Positions 23,423-32,107 of a DNA stretch of 64,000 nt are shown one piece after another. How positions within the stretch are numbered: the stretch's first letter is position 1; every line of letters starts with the position of its first letter. A program made the position numbers and the translations under genes. The DNA is from an uncultured Rhodospirillaceae bacterium. Its GTDB lineage: Bacteria > Pseudomonadota > Alphaproteobacteria > Micavibrionales > UBA2020. The DNA lies in assembly GCA_964476835.1 (NCBI GenBank), contig CAYZCE010000002.1, positions 2,532-66,531 on the forward strand, given 5' to 3'. The notes under the pieces are model-generated. The model saw nothing but the letters and a program-made list of their open reading frames with translations, ran no database searches and was not told the DNA's origin.

Positions 23423-23587
23423 AACATAAAGTTACGCCCCTGCCGTTATCTTGGCAAGCAACGTAACTTTGTTGCGTACGATTAGAATATTCTGTCTCTC
23501 CCTTACGAATTATTAATGTGTCTGTGAGACACTATAGGTGAGTTTGCGCAAACCCTCGCGTAAACAGCACCATAAGAGGCTTTATAC

Positions 23588-25267
23588 ATGCGCGCGATCA
23601 AAGTGTTATATGCCCTGCTCCTCACCGCCCTGATGGCCGTCTCGACCGGCGCACATGCCAGCGACGCGCTGCCGGCGCCGTCGACGTTGTCGGGCGCTTA
23701 CCTCTCCGGCCGTTTCGCGCAACAATCGGCAGACTGGGATGCCGCGCAGACCTATATGGGCGTGGCGCTCGCGCAAGACCCTGATAACCGCGCGCTGGAA
23801 CAACGTTCCTTCCTCCTCGCGCTCGGCGCGGGCGACCTCGCGCAGGCGAAGACGCTCGCCGGACGCATCGCCGCGCATAAGGATGCCTTCGAGCTCGCGC
23901 TCGTCTTCCTCGCTTGCGACGCGCTGGCGCACGACCAGTTCAATGAATCGCTCGCCTACCTGAAACGCCTGCCCGACGGCGGCTTCGGCCAGTACACCAA
24001 GCCGGTGCTGGCCGCATGGTCGCTCGCCGGCCTCGGCCGCAAGGCGGAAGCACTCAAGCAATTGCCAAAGGCCGGCGACGCCGCCGACAAGCTGCACATC
24101 GGCCTCATCGAGGAATACATGGGCGACATGAACGCCGCCGCCGCCGACTACAAGGCCGTGCTGGCCGGCGAGATCGACTTCAACACCGCCGTGCTACTCG
24201 CCAATTTCTACGAACGTTACGGCCAGCCGGAAATCGCCGCCGCGCTGTATCATGGACTTGAGAAGGCTTACCCCTTCAACCCCTTCGTCGCCGCGCTCGC
24301 GCACCGCGACCCGCACCGCGACATCGCGCCCAACGCCGCACGCCCGGCCGACGGCGCCGCGCTCGCGCTCTTCGACATCGCCACGCTGCTCTACGGCCGC
24401 CGCGCCTACGACAGCGCACAGATCTACGGCAACCTCGTGCGCCTGCTCGACCCCAAGTCCTCCTTCACCAAGATGATGCTCGGCGACATCGCCGCCGCGA
24501 CCGGCCAGCACGCCAAGGCCGCCGCGGATTACGCCATGATCGAGAAGGACGACCCTCTTTATTCCCTCTCGCGCCTGCGCGTGGCGGAAGCTTACGAACA
24601 TGACGACCGCCTTGACGACGCCATCGCCCTGCTCAAGGACGTCGCACACGACGATGACACCCGCGTGCAGGCACAAGCCGCGCTCGGCGACCTCTACCGC
24701 CGCCACAACCGCTTCGACGACGCCGTCGAGGCTTATAACGCTGCCCTCGCCGGAATCGAGCCGGTGGGCGAAACCCTCTGGCCCGTGCTTTATGCGCGCG
24801 GCATCTCCGAAGCGCAGCTGAAGCACTGGGACAGCGCCGAGAAAGACCTGCTGCAGGCGCTCTCGTTCCAGCCGAAGAACCCGATGATCCTCAATTTCCT
24901 CGCCTACAGCTGGGCGGACCAGGGCATCAACCTCGACCGCGCGCTGGAGTTCGCCAAGAGCGCCGCGGCGCTGAAGCCCGACGACGGCTATATCCTCGAC
25001 AGCTACGGCTGGACGCTGTTCCGCCTCGGCCGCTATGACGAGGCGATCACCCTGCTCGAGAACGCCGCCGTGCGCGCGCCGGGCGACTCCACGCTGCTCG
25101 ACCACCTCGGCGATGCCTACTGGCAGTCGGGCCGCATGGGCGAGGCGCGCAGCCAGTGGAAACGCGCCGGCGACATGAGCCGCGACGACGCCTTCAAGAA
25201 GACGATCGAGCAGAAGATGAAATCCGGTATCGTCGTCGCACCCGAGCGTAAGCAAGCCAAGCTGTAA
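23588..25267 (+). CDS. Secreted TPR-repeat protein
   Basis: 559 aa. It has the signal peptide MRAIKVLYALLLTALMAVSTGAHA and multiple TPR-like A..Y......P repeats. Confidence 0.8.
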   Translation: MRAIKVLYALLLTALMAVSTGAHASDALPAPSTLSGAYLSGRFAQQSADWDAAQTYMGVALAQDPDNRALEQRSFLLALGAGDLAQAKTLAGRIAAHKDAFELALVFLACDALAHDQFNESLAYLKRLPDGGFGQYTKPVLAAWSLAGLGRKAEALKQLPKAGDAADKLHIGLIEEYMGDMNAAAADYKAVLAGEIDFNTAVLLANFYERYGQPEIAAALYHGLEKAYPFNPFVAALAHRDPHRDIAPNAARPADGAALALFDIATLLYGRRAYDSAQIYGNLVRLLDPKSSFTKMMLGDIAAATGQHAKAAADYAMIEKDDPLYSLSRLRVAEAYEHDDRLDDAIALLKDVAHDDDTRVQAQAALGDLYRRHNRFDDAVEAYNAALAGIEPVGETLWPVLYARGISEAQLKHWDSAEKDLLQALSFQPKNPMILNFLAYSWADQGINLDRALEFAKSAAALKPDDGYILDSYGWTLFRLGRYDEAITLLENAAVRAPGDSTLLDHLGDAYWQSGRMGEARSQWKRAGDMSRDDAFKKTIEQKMKSGIVVAPERKQAKL

Positions 25268-25271
25268 CGCC

Positions 25272-25571
25272 ATGCGCACCTTCATCCTCGCCGCACTGCT
25301 GTTCCTGACCGCCACCGCCGCACAGGCGCAGCAAAAGATCAGCATGCCGGACCTGCGCGACCCGAAATACGCCGCATGCACCGCCAGCGCCGATTGCGCG
25401 CGCATCACCATGCCGTGCAACAGCTACGCCAGCGTGAACCGCGCGTTCCAGCCCGAGGTGCAGGCCTGGGCCGACCGGCTGGCCGAGCGCGTGCGCTGCC
25501 GCGCCACGACCGAGCCCGTCCCCTCGCAGCCGCGCTGCGCCGCGGGCAAGTGCACGGTCGTCGTTCCGTGA
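25272..25571 (+). CDS. Small secreted Cys-rich hypothetical protein
   Basis: 99 aa. It has the signal peptide MRTFILAALLFLTATAAQA and 6 Cys in the mature part. It starts 4 nt after the TPR gene, and its stop overlaps the ispE GTG start. Confidence 0.55.
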   Translation: MRTFILAALLFLTATAAQAQQKISMPDLRDPKYAACTASADCARITMPCNSYASVNRAFQPEVQAWADRLAERVRCRATTEPVPSQPRCAAGKCTVVVP

Positions 25572-26401
25572 TCTTCGCCGCGCCCGCCAAGATCAACCTT
25601 TTCCTGCATGTGACCGGGCGGACGGACGACGGTTACCACACCCTGCAAAGCCTGATGGCCTTCACCGACATCGGCGATACGCTGGCCTTCGCAAACCACG
25701 ACGGCTTCGCGCTGCGCGCCGACGGCCGCTTTGCCGAAGCGCTGACAGGAGAGAACCTCATCGCGCAGGCCGCGCAAAAGCTGGCGGCGCACTACGGCCT
25801 GCCGCTCGATGCGCAAATCACGCTCACAAAAAACCTGCCGGTCGCCTCCGGCATCGGCGGCGGATCATCGGATGCGGCGGCGGCGCTCAAGGGCCTTGCG
25901 CAGTTGTGGCGCCTGCCGCCCGACAGCGCGGAGATATTGGCGCGCATCGGCGCCACGATCGGCGCCGACGTGCCCGCCTGCCTCTATGCCCGCCCGCTCT
26001 GGGCCGAAGGCATCGGCGAGAAAATCCTGCCCGCCGAAAACGTGCCGCCGCTGCACCTCGTGCTGGCCAACCCGCTCATCCCGACGCCGACGCCGCAGGT
26101 CTTCAAGGCCTTCCGCGGCCCTTTCAGCGAGCCTGTGCGAGTCCCCGCCGGCGACTGGATCGCGTTCCTGCACACGACGCGCAACGACCTGCTCGATGCC
26201 GCATGCACCGTGACGCCCGCCATTCGGGACGTGCTGGCGGCGCTCGAATCCACGCATGCACCCCAGTTTTGCCGCATGTCCGGCAGCGGCGCGACCTGTT
26301 TCGCGCTCCACGCCACGCGCACCAGCGCAGAGACCGCCGCCGCCGCATTGCGCGCGCGCCATCCCGGCTGGTGGATCGCAGCGGCGACCACGGCGGCCTA
26401 A
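25568..26401 (+). CDS. ispE: 4-diphosphocytidyl-2-C-methyl-D-erythritol kinase
   Basis: The GTG start at 25568 gives VIFAAPAKINLFLHVTGRTDDGYH. The GHMP kinase motif PVASGIGGGSSDAAA is present. The Arg-rich 5' extension of ORF 25376.. was rejected. Confidence 0.9.
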   Translation: MIFAAPAKINLFLHVTGRTDDGYHTLQSLMAFTDIGDTLAFANHDGFALRADGRFAEALTGENLIAQAAQKLAAHYGLPLDAQITLTKNLPVASGIGGGSSDAAAALKGLAQLWRLPPDSAEILARIGATIGADVPACLYARPLWAEGIGEKILPAENVPPLHLVLANPLIPTPTPQVFKAFRGPFSEPVRVPAGDWIAFLHTTRNDLLDAACTVTPAIRDVLAALESTHAPQFCRMSGSGATCFALHATRTSAETAAAALRARHPGWWIAAATTAA

Positions 26402-26408
26402 ACCGGCC

Positions 26409-27227
26409 TCAAGGCTTCTTGAAAATTTTCCGTCCTGCCGGATTGTCCCAGTTCGGGTTTTGCGGCGGCGCAGCGCGCGACGGCACCGCATAGGGCTGCC
26501 AGCCGCCCTCAGGCTGCGCGAGACGGTCGAGCACGACGGCGAGCATGTCGGCGTTATACGCGAGGCCCATGTGGCCGACGCCCGGCACTTCGACGTTTTC
26601 CGCCTGCGGCGCGGCGGGATTGAGGCAGGCGCTCCAGCTGGCCACGCTGTCGCTGCGCGAGAAGATCGACGTCGCCGGCATGGGCGGCGGCGTCAGGAAG
26701 CGCTGGCCGATATCGGCTTCGCGCATCGGCACGCGGCGGCCGTTGAGTAGCGCCACCAGTCCCATCACGCCCGGCAGCATCGCGTGCTGCTCGCCCGTCA
26801 TCGCGCCGAAGGCCGAGCCCAGCGTGATGACGCCGCGCACCAGATGCGGGAATTCCCGCGCCAGCTCGCGCGCGAAGATGCCGCCGAGGCTATGGCCGAC
26901 CAGCGTCACCTTGCGGTTGCCGTTGTCCGCGTACATTTTTTCCAGTTTCGCGCGCAGGCGCTTGACGGTCTTGTGATGCAGGCCGAAATTGCGGCCCAGC
27001 CCCCAGGTTTCCGCGGCGTAGCCTTTCGCGCGCATGGCATTGCACAATGGCATGATCCGGTTGTCGTCCGCCGAAAAACCCGGCAGCACCAAGACCGGAT
27101 GCCCGTCGCCGACCGGCGCCGCCTGCAAGACGGCAGGCCAGTCGCGCATGCGGTCATCTTTTTCCTTACGCGTCAGGGCGGCTTCGCGGAACGCGTCCCG
27201 CAACTGACGTTTCCAACCTGCAGGCAT
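26409..27227 (-). CDS. Alpha/beta hydrolase (lipase/esterase-like), paralogue 2
   Basis: 272 aa with RKVTLVGHSLGGIFARELAREFP. It shares long identical blocks with 22604..23422. Its start overlaps the Sel1 gene stop by 1 nt (TGATG). Confidence 0.75.
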   Translation of the reverse strand: MPAGWKRQLRDAFREAALTRKEKDDRMRDWPAVLQAAPVGDGHPVLVLPGFSADDNRIMPLCNAMRAKGYAAETWGLGRNFGLHHKTVKRLRAKLEKMYADNGNRKVTLVGHSLGGIFARELAREFPHLVRGVITLGSAFGAMTGEQHAMLPGVMGLVALLNGRRVPMREADIGQRFLTPPPMPATSIFSRSDSVASWSACLNPAAPQAENVEVPGVGHMGLAYNADMLAVVLDRLAQPEGGWQPYAVPSRAAPPQNPNWDNPAGRKIFKKP

Positions 27228-28474
27228 CAGGGATTGCCGCCGGCAGCGGGCTCAACGGCGTTCAAGTCCTGCGCGCTGGCGGCGTTGAGGCGCGCCACGG
27301 CGGTCTTGGCGTCCGCATGCCCCTCGCGCGCGGCGACCTGGTACCACTCCAAAGCCTTGCCCGCATCGGCCGACCCGACGAAGTTGCTTTCATAGAGCAC
27401 GCCGAGGTTATACGCCGCCTGCGCCACGCCCGCATTGGCCGCACGCTTGAAATAGGCGACGCCCTTGTCCACATCGGCCGGGATGCCGACGCCCTGCACA
27501 TAGGCAATGCCGAGGTTGTAGAGCGCCTCGGGATGGCCGGTGTCGGCCGCCTTTTCGTACCAGTTGATCGCCGTCTTCATGTTGGCATCCACGCCGAGGC
27601 CCTGCTGGTACATGACGCCAAGGTTATAAGCCGCGTTCGCGATGCCACGCCCCGCCGCCTTCTTGAACCAGAAAGTCGCGCGCGTGTAATCGCGCGGCAC
27701 GCGCGAACCTGCGGCATAAAACGTCGCAAGGTCATGCTGCGCTTCCGGCATGCCGTCGATGGCGCGCTGTTCGAGCGCCGCCAGGTTCTTCGGCAACGCA
27801 GGGTCAGGCTTGATCGTCTCTTCCGCGCGTGCAGGCGCGACGACGGCGACTTCCGGCTGCGGCGGCACGGTCAGTTGCGGCGCAGGCGTTTCAAGCACGG
27901 CGGCTTTGTTCTCATCGACAGCTTCGGTCGTCGCGATATCGGCTGCAGGCGCAGCAGATGCCGTCGCTTGCGGCTGGGCTTGATCTTGCGTCTGCGCGAC
28001 ATCGGCGGCAGGCGCGGTTTCCGGTTGCTTCCAGCCCGCGTTGGCCGGCGAGACCATCGCCAGCTGCGGGCCCTTGAGCGCATCGAGCGCTGCCAGTTGT
28101 TCCTTGGTCAGCTGCGGACCGGACGACGAGAAGAGCGCGATGCCCAGCGCGACAAACGCCAGCACCGTGCTGAACGCGGTCGAGGCCAGCATCCAGCGCG
28201 GCGCGCGCGCGGTGTTGGTGTTCGCGGGCACATGCGCCGGGTCAATGACGGCGGGCAGGAAGAACTTGCCCGTCGCCGCATCGAGCGTCGCGCCCGATTC
28301 CAGCTGCGCGAGGCGGCGCGCAAGGCGGTCGCGCTCGGCTTCCGAACGCTCGAGCTTGCGGCCGAGCAGTTCCATCGCCGTGAAGATCTCCGCGTTGACG
28401 CGCTCCTGTCCGCGATATTGCACGTTGGCGGAATCGAGCAGCTTGGCGGTACCGAATTTATTGACCGTACTCAT
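27227..28474 (-). CDS. Sel1-repeat (TPR-like) membrane-anchored protein
   Basis: 415 aa. It has an N-terminal coiled coil, one TM segment (MLASTAFSTVLAFVALGIALF), a low-complexity linker and about 5 Sel1 repeats (A.YNLG..Y..G.GV..D...A..W..KAA). Confidence 0.8.
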   Translation of the reverse strand: MSTVNKFGTAKLLDSANVQYRGQERVNAEIFTAMELLGRKLERSEAERDRLARRLAQLESGATLDAATGKFFLPAVIDPAHVPANTNTARAPRWMLASTAFSTVLAFVALGIALFSSSGPQLTKEQLAALDALKGPQLAMVSPANAGWKQPETAPAADVAQTQDQAQPQATASAAPAADIATTEAVDENKAAVLETPAPQLTVPPQPEVAVVAPARAEETIKPDPALPKNLAALEQRAIDGMPEAQHDLATFYAAGSRVPRDYTRATFWFKKAAGRGIANAAYNLGVMYQQGLGVDANMKTAINWYEKAADTGHPEALYNLGIAYVQGVGIPADVDKGVAYFKRAANAGVAQAAYNLGVLYESNFVGSADAGKALEWYQVAAREGHADAKTAVARLNAASAQDLNAVEPAAGGNP

Positions 28475-28707
28475 TGCAACGAGCCCCTTGATGCGTCCGC
28501 CCGGAGAATCTCCCGGCGTTTATGATGTGATTATGGTGAAATATATACCATATTTTGCTCCGAGACCAGAGCAGAAACATCCGCTCCGCCGCCCCTCCCG
28601 CCACCCTTCGCGACCTTCTCTCTCGTTTTGCATTATGTTAAACTTGTAACGCTTGCAGCCGCGCCATTTTTTTTATATTGTCCCCCTCTATCGTCTCATA
28701 CCGATAC

Positions 28708-28782
28708 TGGGGTGTAGCCAAGCGGTAAGGCAGCGGTTTTTGGTACCGCCATTCCTAGGTTCGATCCCTAGCACCCCAACCA
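28708..28782 (+). tRNA. tRNA-Gln (anticodon UUG), CCA encoded
   Basis: I folded it by hand. The acceptor is TGGGGTG/CACCCCA. The anticodon stem is GCGGT/ACCGC with loop TTTTGGT (anticodon TTG). The T-arm is CTAGG-TTCGATC-CCTAG. Discriminator A and CCA end at 28782. Confidence 0.9.
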
Positions 28783-28986
28783 TCCATTTCCCCATCCGCC
28801 GTCTTCCGGAGACAATCGCGCGAAAATGCGCGCTGTTGGCGCATATTTCGCGCATTCAGATTCCCGCCGAACTACGGAGAGCGGGGCAGTTAGGCCCAAA
28901 TAGGTCGATTTTCTCCAAAGCCCCTTTCGCGGGTTAGGCGGAATTCCTGTAAACTTCCACTCAGAAGCTCAGAAGAAGGCGTCTCT

Positions 28987-29460
28987 ATGATAACAAATGC
29001 ACGCATTTATCTTGCCATTGCGGAAGAGGCGCTACAGGAGTCTCAAAAACTTGAAGCTACCGGAAAGAGGCCAAAGCCAAATGGAGAGCCGGGATTTATC
29101 GTAACATATGACCCCGACCAAAAGTCTTTCAAGAAAGCCTTAATTGCAGTCGCTTTTGCAACACACTACTTGGAGGCGACCTTCTATCTGGCCGGAGTTC
29201 AGAAATTTGGGAAAAAATACGAAGACATTGACAAGAAGTCTTACGAGGAAAAGCTGCCTTATTTCGGCATAACAGATCCAGAACTGGTTAGCGCGGTAAC
29301 ACGACTTCGCAAGACCAGAAGAGACCTGACACACGAGAAGGCTAAAGAGATTGATAAGATGAAGCCGGAAGACTTTCGGTTTGCACAGAAAGAGGCGGAT
29401 TTTGCAGTTGCTTTGATTAAGCGCGTCGCGCCCCTGCTATTTCAAAAGAGTTGTGAATAA
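28987..29460 (+). CDS. Orphan AT-rich hypothetical protein, all-helical, with a HEPN-like Rx4H motif
   Basis: 157 aa. It is visibly much more AT-rich than its flanks. It has predicted helical segments and the motif RLRKTRRDLTHEK (R-x4-H). Weak SD-like AGAAGG lies upstream. The HEPN call is motif-level only. Confidence 0.5.
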   Translation: MITNARIYLAIAEEALQESQKLEATGKRPKPNGEPGFIVTYDPDQKSFKKALIAVAFATHYLEATFYLAGVQKFGKKYEDIDKKSYEEKLPYFGITDPELVSAVTRLRKTRRDLTHEKAKEIDKMKPEDFRFAQKEADFAVALIKRVAPLLFQKSCE

Positions 29461-29596
29461 GACCGCGAGGCCCAGCCTACCGAGTCAAACTGAGGAAAAA
29501 GAGCTCCATTTCCCGAGCGATGAATATTTAGACATTTCTGATTTTTAAGATAACATGCAATATCTGCATTCGACCCACCTTTAAGGAAGTTCCCGC

Positions 29597-30262
29597 ATGA
29601 AGAAAATGACGCTGACCTCCGCCGCGATCGTGGGCGCCCTCTCGTTGGGCGGCACGGCTGCAATGGCCGCGGATCATTCATGGGCCGGCGCCTACGGCGG
29701 GCTTTCGGTGGGATATCAGGACGGGCAGTTGACAGGCCGCAACGGCGGGACGCTTGACTACTACGGGATCAGCAACCCAGACCCCGGCAGCCCGACGGGC
29801 GGCGCTTTTGCCGGCTACAACTACCAAATTCCGCAAAGCCCGCTGGTCGCGGGGGTTGAGGCATCGTTCACGATCGGCGGCGAGAAGCAATCCAAGCAAG
29901 GATCGGCCTTCCCCTTTGCAAATCCCGAAGCCACGGTGAGCGTGCCCTACATGGCGGCGCTGAAAGCGCGGCTGGGCTACGCCGCAGGCCAATTTCTTCC
30001 TTACGCGCAGGCCGGCGTGGTGGAAGGTGAGGCGCGATTCAAGGTCACCGCCGATGACGGCACCGCCCTCGGCGGAAGCAGGCTCTCGGCGGGGTGGCTT
30101 GTCGGCGCAGGCGTGGATTACGCGCTGCAGAACAACCTGTTCTTGCGCGCGAGTTATTCCTATACCCGGCTTGCGAACATGGATTACCTCAAGACGGCCG
30201 GAGAGTTCGACCATCGCCTTGCGTTAAACGACTTTCAGGCGGGCTTCGGCTACAAGTTCTGA
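29597..30262 (+). CDS. Outer-membrane beta-barrel protein (Omp25/Omp31-like porin family)
   Basis: 221 aa. It has the signal peptide ...GGTAAMAADHSW, the W.G.Y.G...GY start, alternating beta strands and a C-terminal GFGYKF. The SD is AAGGAAG. Confidence 0.85.
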   Translation: MKKMTLTSAAIVGALSLGGTAAMAADHSWAGAYGGLSVGYQDGQLTGRNGGTLDYYGISNPDPGSPTGGAFAGYNYQIPQSPLVAGVEASFTIGGEKQSKQGSAFPFANPEATVSVPYMAALKARLGYAAGQFLPYAQAGVVEGEARFKVTADDGTALGGSRLSAGWLVGAGVDYALQNNLFLRASYSYTRLANMDYLKTAGEFDHRLALNDFQAGFGYKF

Positions 30263-31267
30263 TATCTTCGGCAGGAACGCGTCCATCGTGTAGCCCGCGG
30301 CGATGGAGCGGCCCTTCTCCGCCAGCTTTGCGCGCAACGATGCGTCTTTTATAACGGCGTCGAGCGCGGCTTCCATCCTCTTCACGTCTCCGGGCGGGAA
30401 CATCAGGCAGTTCTCGCCGGAAACCCAACCCACCGACTTGTAAACGCCGAGATCCGCCAGCACCACGGGGATGCCGAGACCCGCCGCCTCCAGCGGCGCG
30501 AGGCCGAAACTCTCCGAGATCGATGGAAAGCAAAACACATCAGCGGCGGCGACCGCCCCCAGCGCCTGATCGCGCGGCAGATAACCGCTGAGCGTGAAAA
30601 GCTGCGGATGGCGCGCGAGCGCCGTCAGCGCCTTGGTCTCCAAACGGGGCAGATATTCCGTATCGCCGATCAACTGGCAATGAACGTTGTGGCGCTGCGC
30701 CAGCTTGGGAACCACCCGGATCAAGCCGGATTGCGCCTTCATCGGCGTCAGTTTTCCAACGGTGACGATGCGGAACGCGCTGTCTGCCTCCCGCGCCGGC
30801 TGCGGGGCGGGGCTGGCCGGCGGGATGCCGTTGGCGAGGACGGCGACTTTGCTTTCGGGTGAAAGATATTTCCTGTAGAGGTTCATCTGCCAGTCCGTCT
30901 GAAAAATGACCAAGGATGCCTTGGCAAACCACCCTTGCCATTTTTCGCGCGGCACTTGGGATTTCAAGATGGTTTCCGCTTCGTGCGCCCACAGGACGAT
31001 AGGCACATGCGGGTATATCAGGTCAACGAAATGGATGTTCTTCAGGCAGTTGATCAGCGCGACATCGTAAGCCTCGCCGAAATGGGCGCGCGGGATCAGC
31101 CGCATGCCGCTCTGCGCGACATGGCGACGAGCGTCGTCCGTCATGTCCGGCCCCGCCACCGCATCCACCTGCCAGCCGCGTTGCCGAACCCAATCTTCCG
31201 CCGCATGGCACAGCATCTGGCTTGCGCCGTCGCCGGCATAGCTGTGCGTGATGACGAACAGTTTCAT
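30224..31267 (-). CDS. Glycosyltransferase family 4 (GT-B, GT1 clan)
   Basis: 347 aa. It has the E-x7-E motif region PSISESFGLAPLEAAGLGIPVV. The start abuts the PIG-L stop (TAAATG). The 3' end overlaps the convergent OMP gene by 39 nt. Confidence 0.85.
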   Translation of the reverse strand: MKLFVITHSYAGDGASQMLCHAAEDWVRQRGWQVDAVAGPDMTDDARRHVAQSGMRLIPRAHFGEAYDVALINCLKNIHFVDLIYPHVPIVLWAHEAETILKSQVPREKWQGWFAKASLVIFQTDWQMNLYRKYLSPESKVAVLANGIPPASPAPQPAREADSAFRIVTVGKLTPMKAQSGLIRVVPKLAQRHNVHCQLIGDTEYLPRLETKALTALARHPQLFTLSGYLPRDQALGAVAAADVFCFPSISESFGLAPLEAAGLGIPVVLADLGVYKSVGWVSGENCLMFPPGDVKRMEAALDAVIKDASLRAKLAEKGRSIAAGYTMDAFLPKISELVAEARLKVV

Positions 31268-31978
31268 TTACGCCATTTCCCAAAAGGCTTCGTGCGGGAA
31301 CGGCGTCAGCGGCTCCGCGGGGATGAAGTTGCCTTTCACGACCGGACCCGCATGCTGCGATTTGTAAATGGAGGCGAGTTCCAGCTTACGGTTCATTTCG
31401 TCTTCCGTCATCTGGTTCGCATGCCTTAAAAATTTCTTCTGCGGAAAATGATGCAGCAGACGTTGCACGGCTTCTTTTCTCGACTCTATGTTTGAAGCGT
31501 AGGGCAAGTCTTCATAAAAGAATATTCTCGCTTTTTCCTGCAATGCGGCCCAGGCGCGCACGACGGACAGAAAAACGGACAAGTGGTTCCGGTGCCGCCC
31601 GACGGCAAGAGGGCAATAAACTTCGGCGTTATCCGCGCCGCCGCCGTCCAGCAGGGACAGCAGCAGCGGCATCAGACTTCTATCCACCTCGTCGACTTCA
31701 CGGTCAATATCTTTCAGGTCGAAAGGCGTCAGTCCTAACACGGGGGCGTCGGATAAGCCGAGATCATGCCCATGAAGGGAACACGTAGCCGAAAAAACCG
31801 CATCCTCCGCGCCGCGCATTTTCGTGACCTCATCCAAAGAGGCAAGGCCGCCGGCCGTGTAATTGGAGCGCGTGAAAATATTGACCAGATGGCCGCCCAT
31901 GCCCGCCTGTGCCGTCATCCCCAGGGAGAAGCAAATATCGTCGTAATGCGGGGATAGATAGATGACTCTATCGGACAA
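31268..31978 (-). CDS. PIG-L/LmbE-family N-acetylglucosaminyl deacetylase
   Basis: 236 aa. It has the N-terminal metal motif VIYLSPHYDDICFSLG (P-H-x-D-D) and a downstream HRNH. GC is visibly lower than in core genes. Confidence 0.85.
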   Translation of the reverse strand: MSDRVIYLSPHYDDICFSLGMTAQAGMGGHLVNIFTRSNYTAGGLASLDEVTKMRGAEDAVFSATCSLHGHDLGLSDAPVLGLTPFDLKDIDREVDEVDRSLMPLLLSLLDGGGADNAEVYCPLAVGRHRNHLSVFLSVVRAWAALQEKARIFFYEDLPYASNIESRKEAVQRLLHHFPQKKFLRHANQMTEDEMNRKLELASIYKSQHAGPVVKGNFIPAEPLTPFPHEAFWEMA

Positions 31979-32045
31979 TTTTGCGGCCTTTCCCGATCCA
32001 TTGAACTACAGCACACGATACAATCAGAAGGTGAATTTTTCTATA

Positions 32046-32080
32046 AAGAAAAACCCCTGCCGTATAAACGGCAGGGGTTT
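32046..32080 (-). terminator. Rho-independent terminator of the autotransporter gene
   Basis: The stem is CCCCTGCCG (32054-62) / CGGCAGGGG (32069-77) with loop TATAAA. On the minus strand it is followed by TTTTTCTTT. Confidence 0.8.
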
Positions 32081-32107
32081 GATTATTGAGAGGTAATAAA
32101 AAATTTT

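Noticed and set aside
28652-28679. Sigma70-like promoter for tRNA-Gln (TTGCAG ... TATATT).
   Set aside because: The spacing between the hexamers is only ~15-16 nt and there is no supporting evidence. It is too weak to list as a feature.
28653-28937. 94-aa ORF spanning the tRNA-Gln gene. I also searched for an integrase or exact att repeat marking a genomic island at the tRNA.
   Set aside because: The ORF is just the tRNA and flanking non-coding DNA read in frame. No integrase, and no exact duplicate of the tRNA 3' end, was found downstream. An intact island cannot be claimed, only an accessory-looking stretch.
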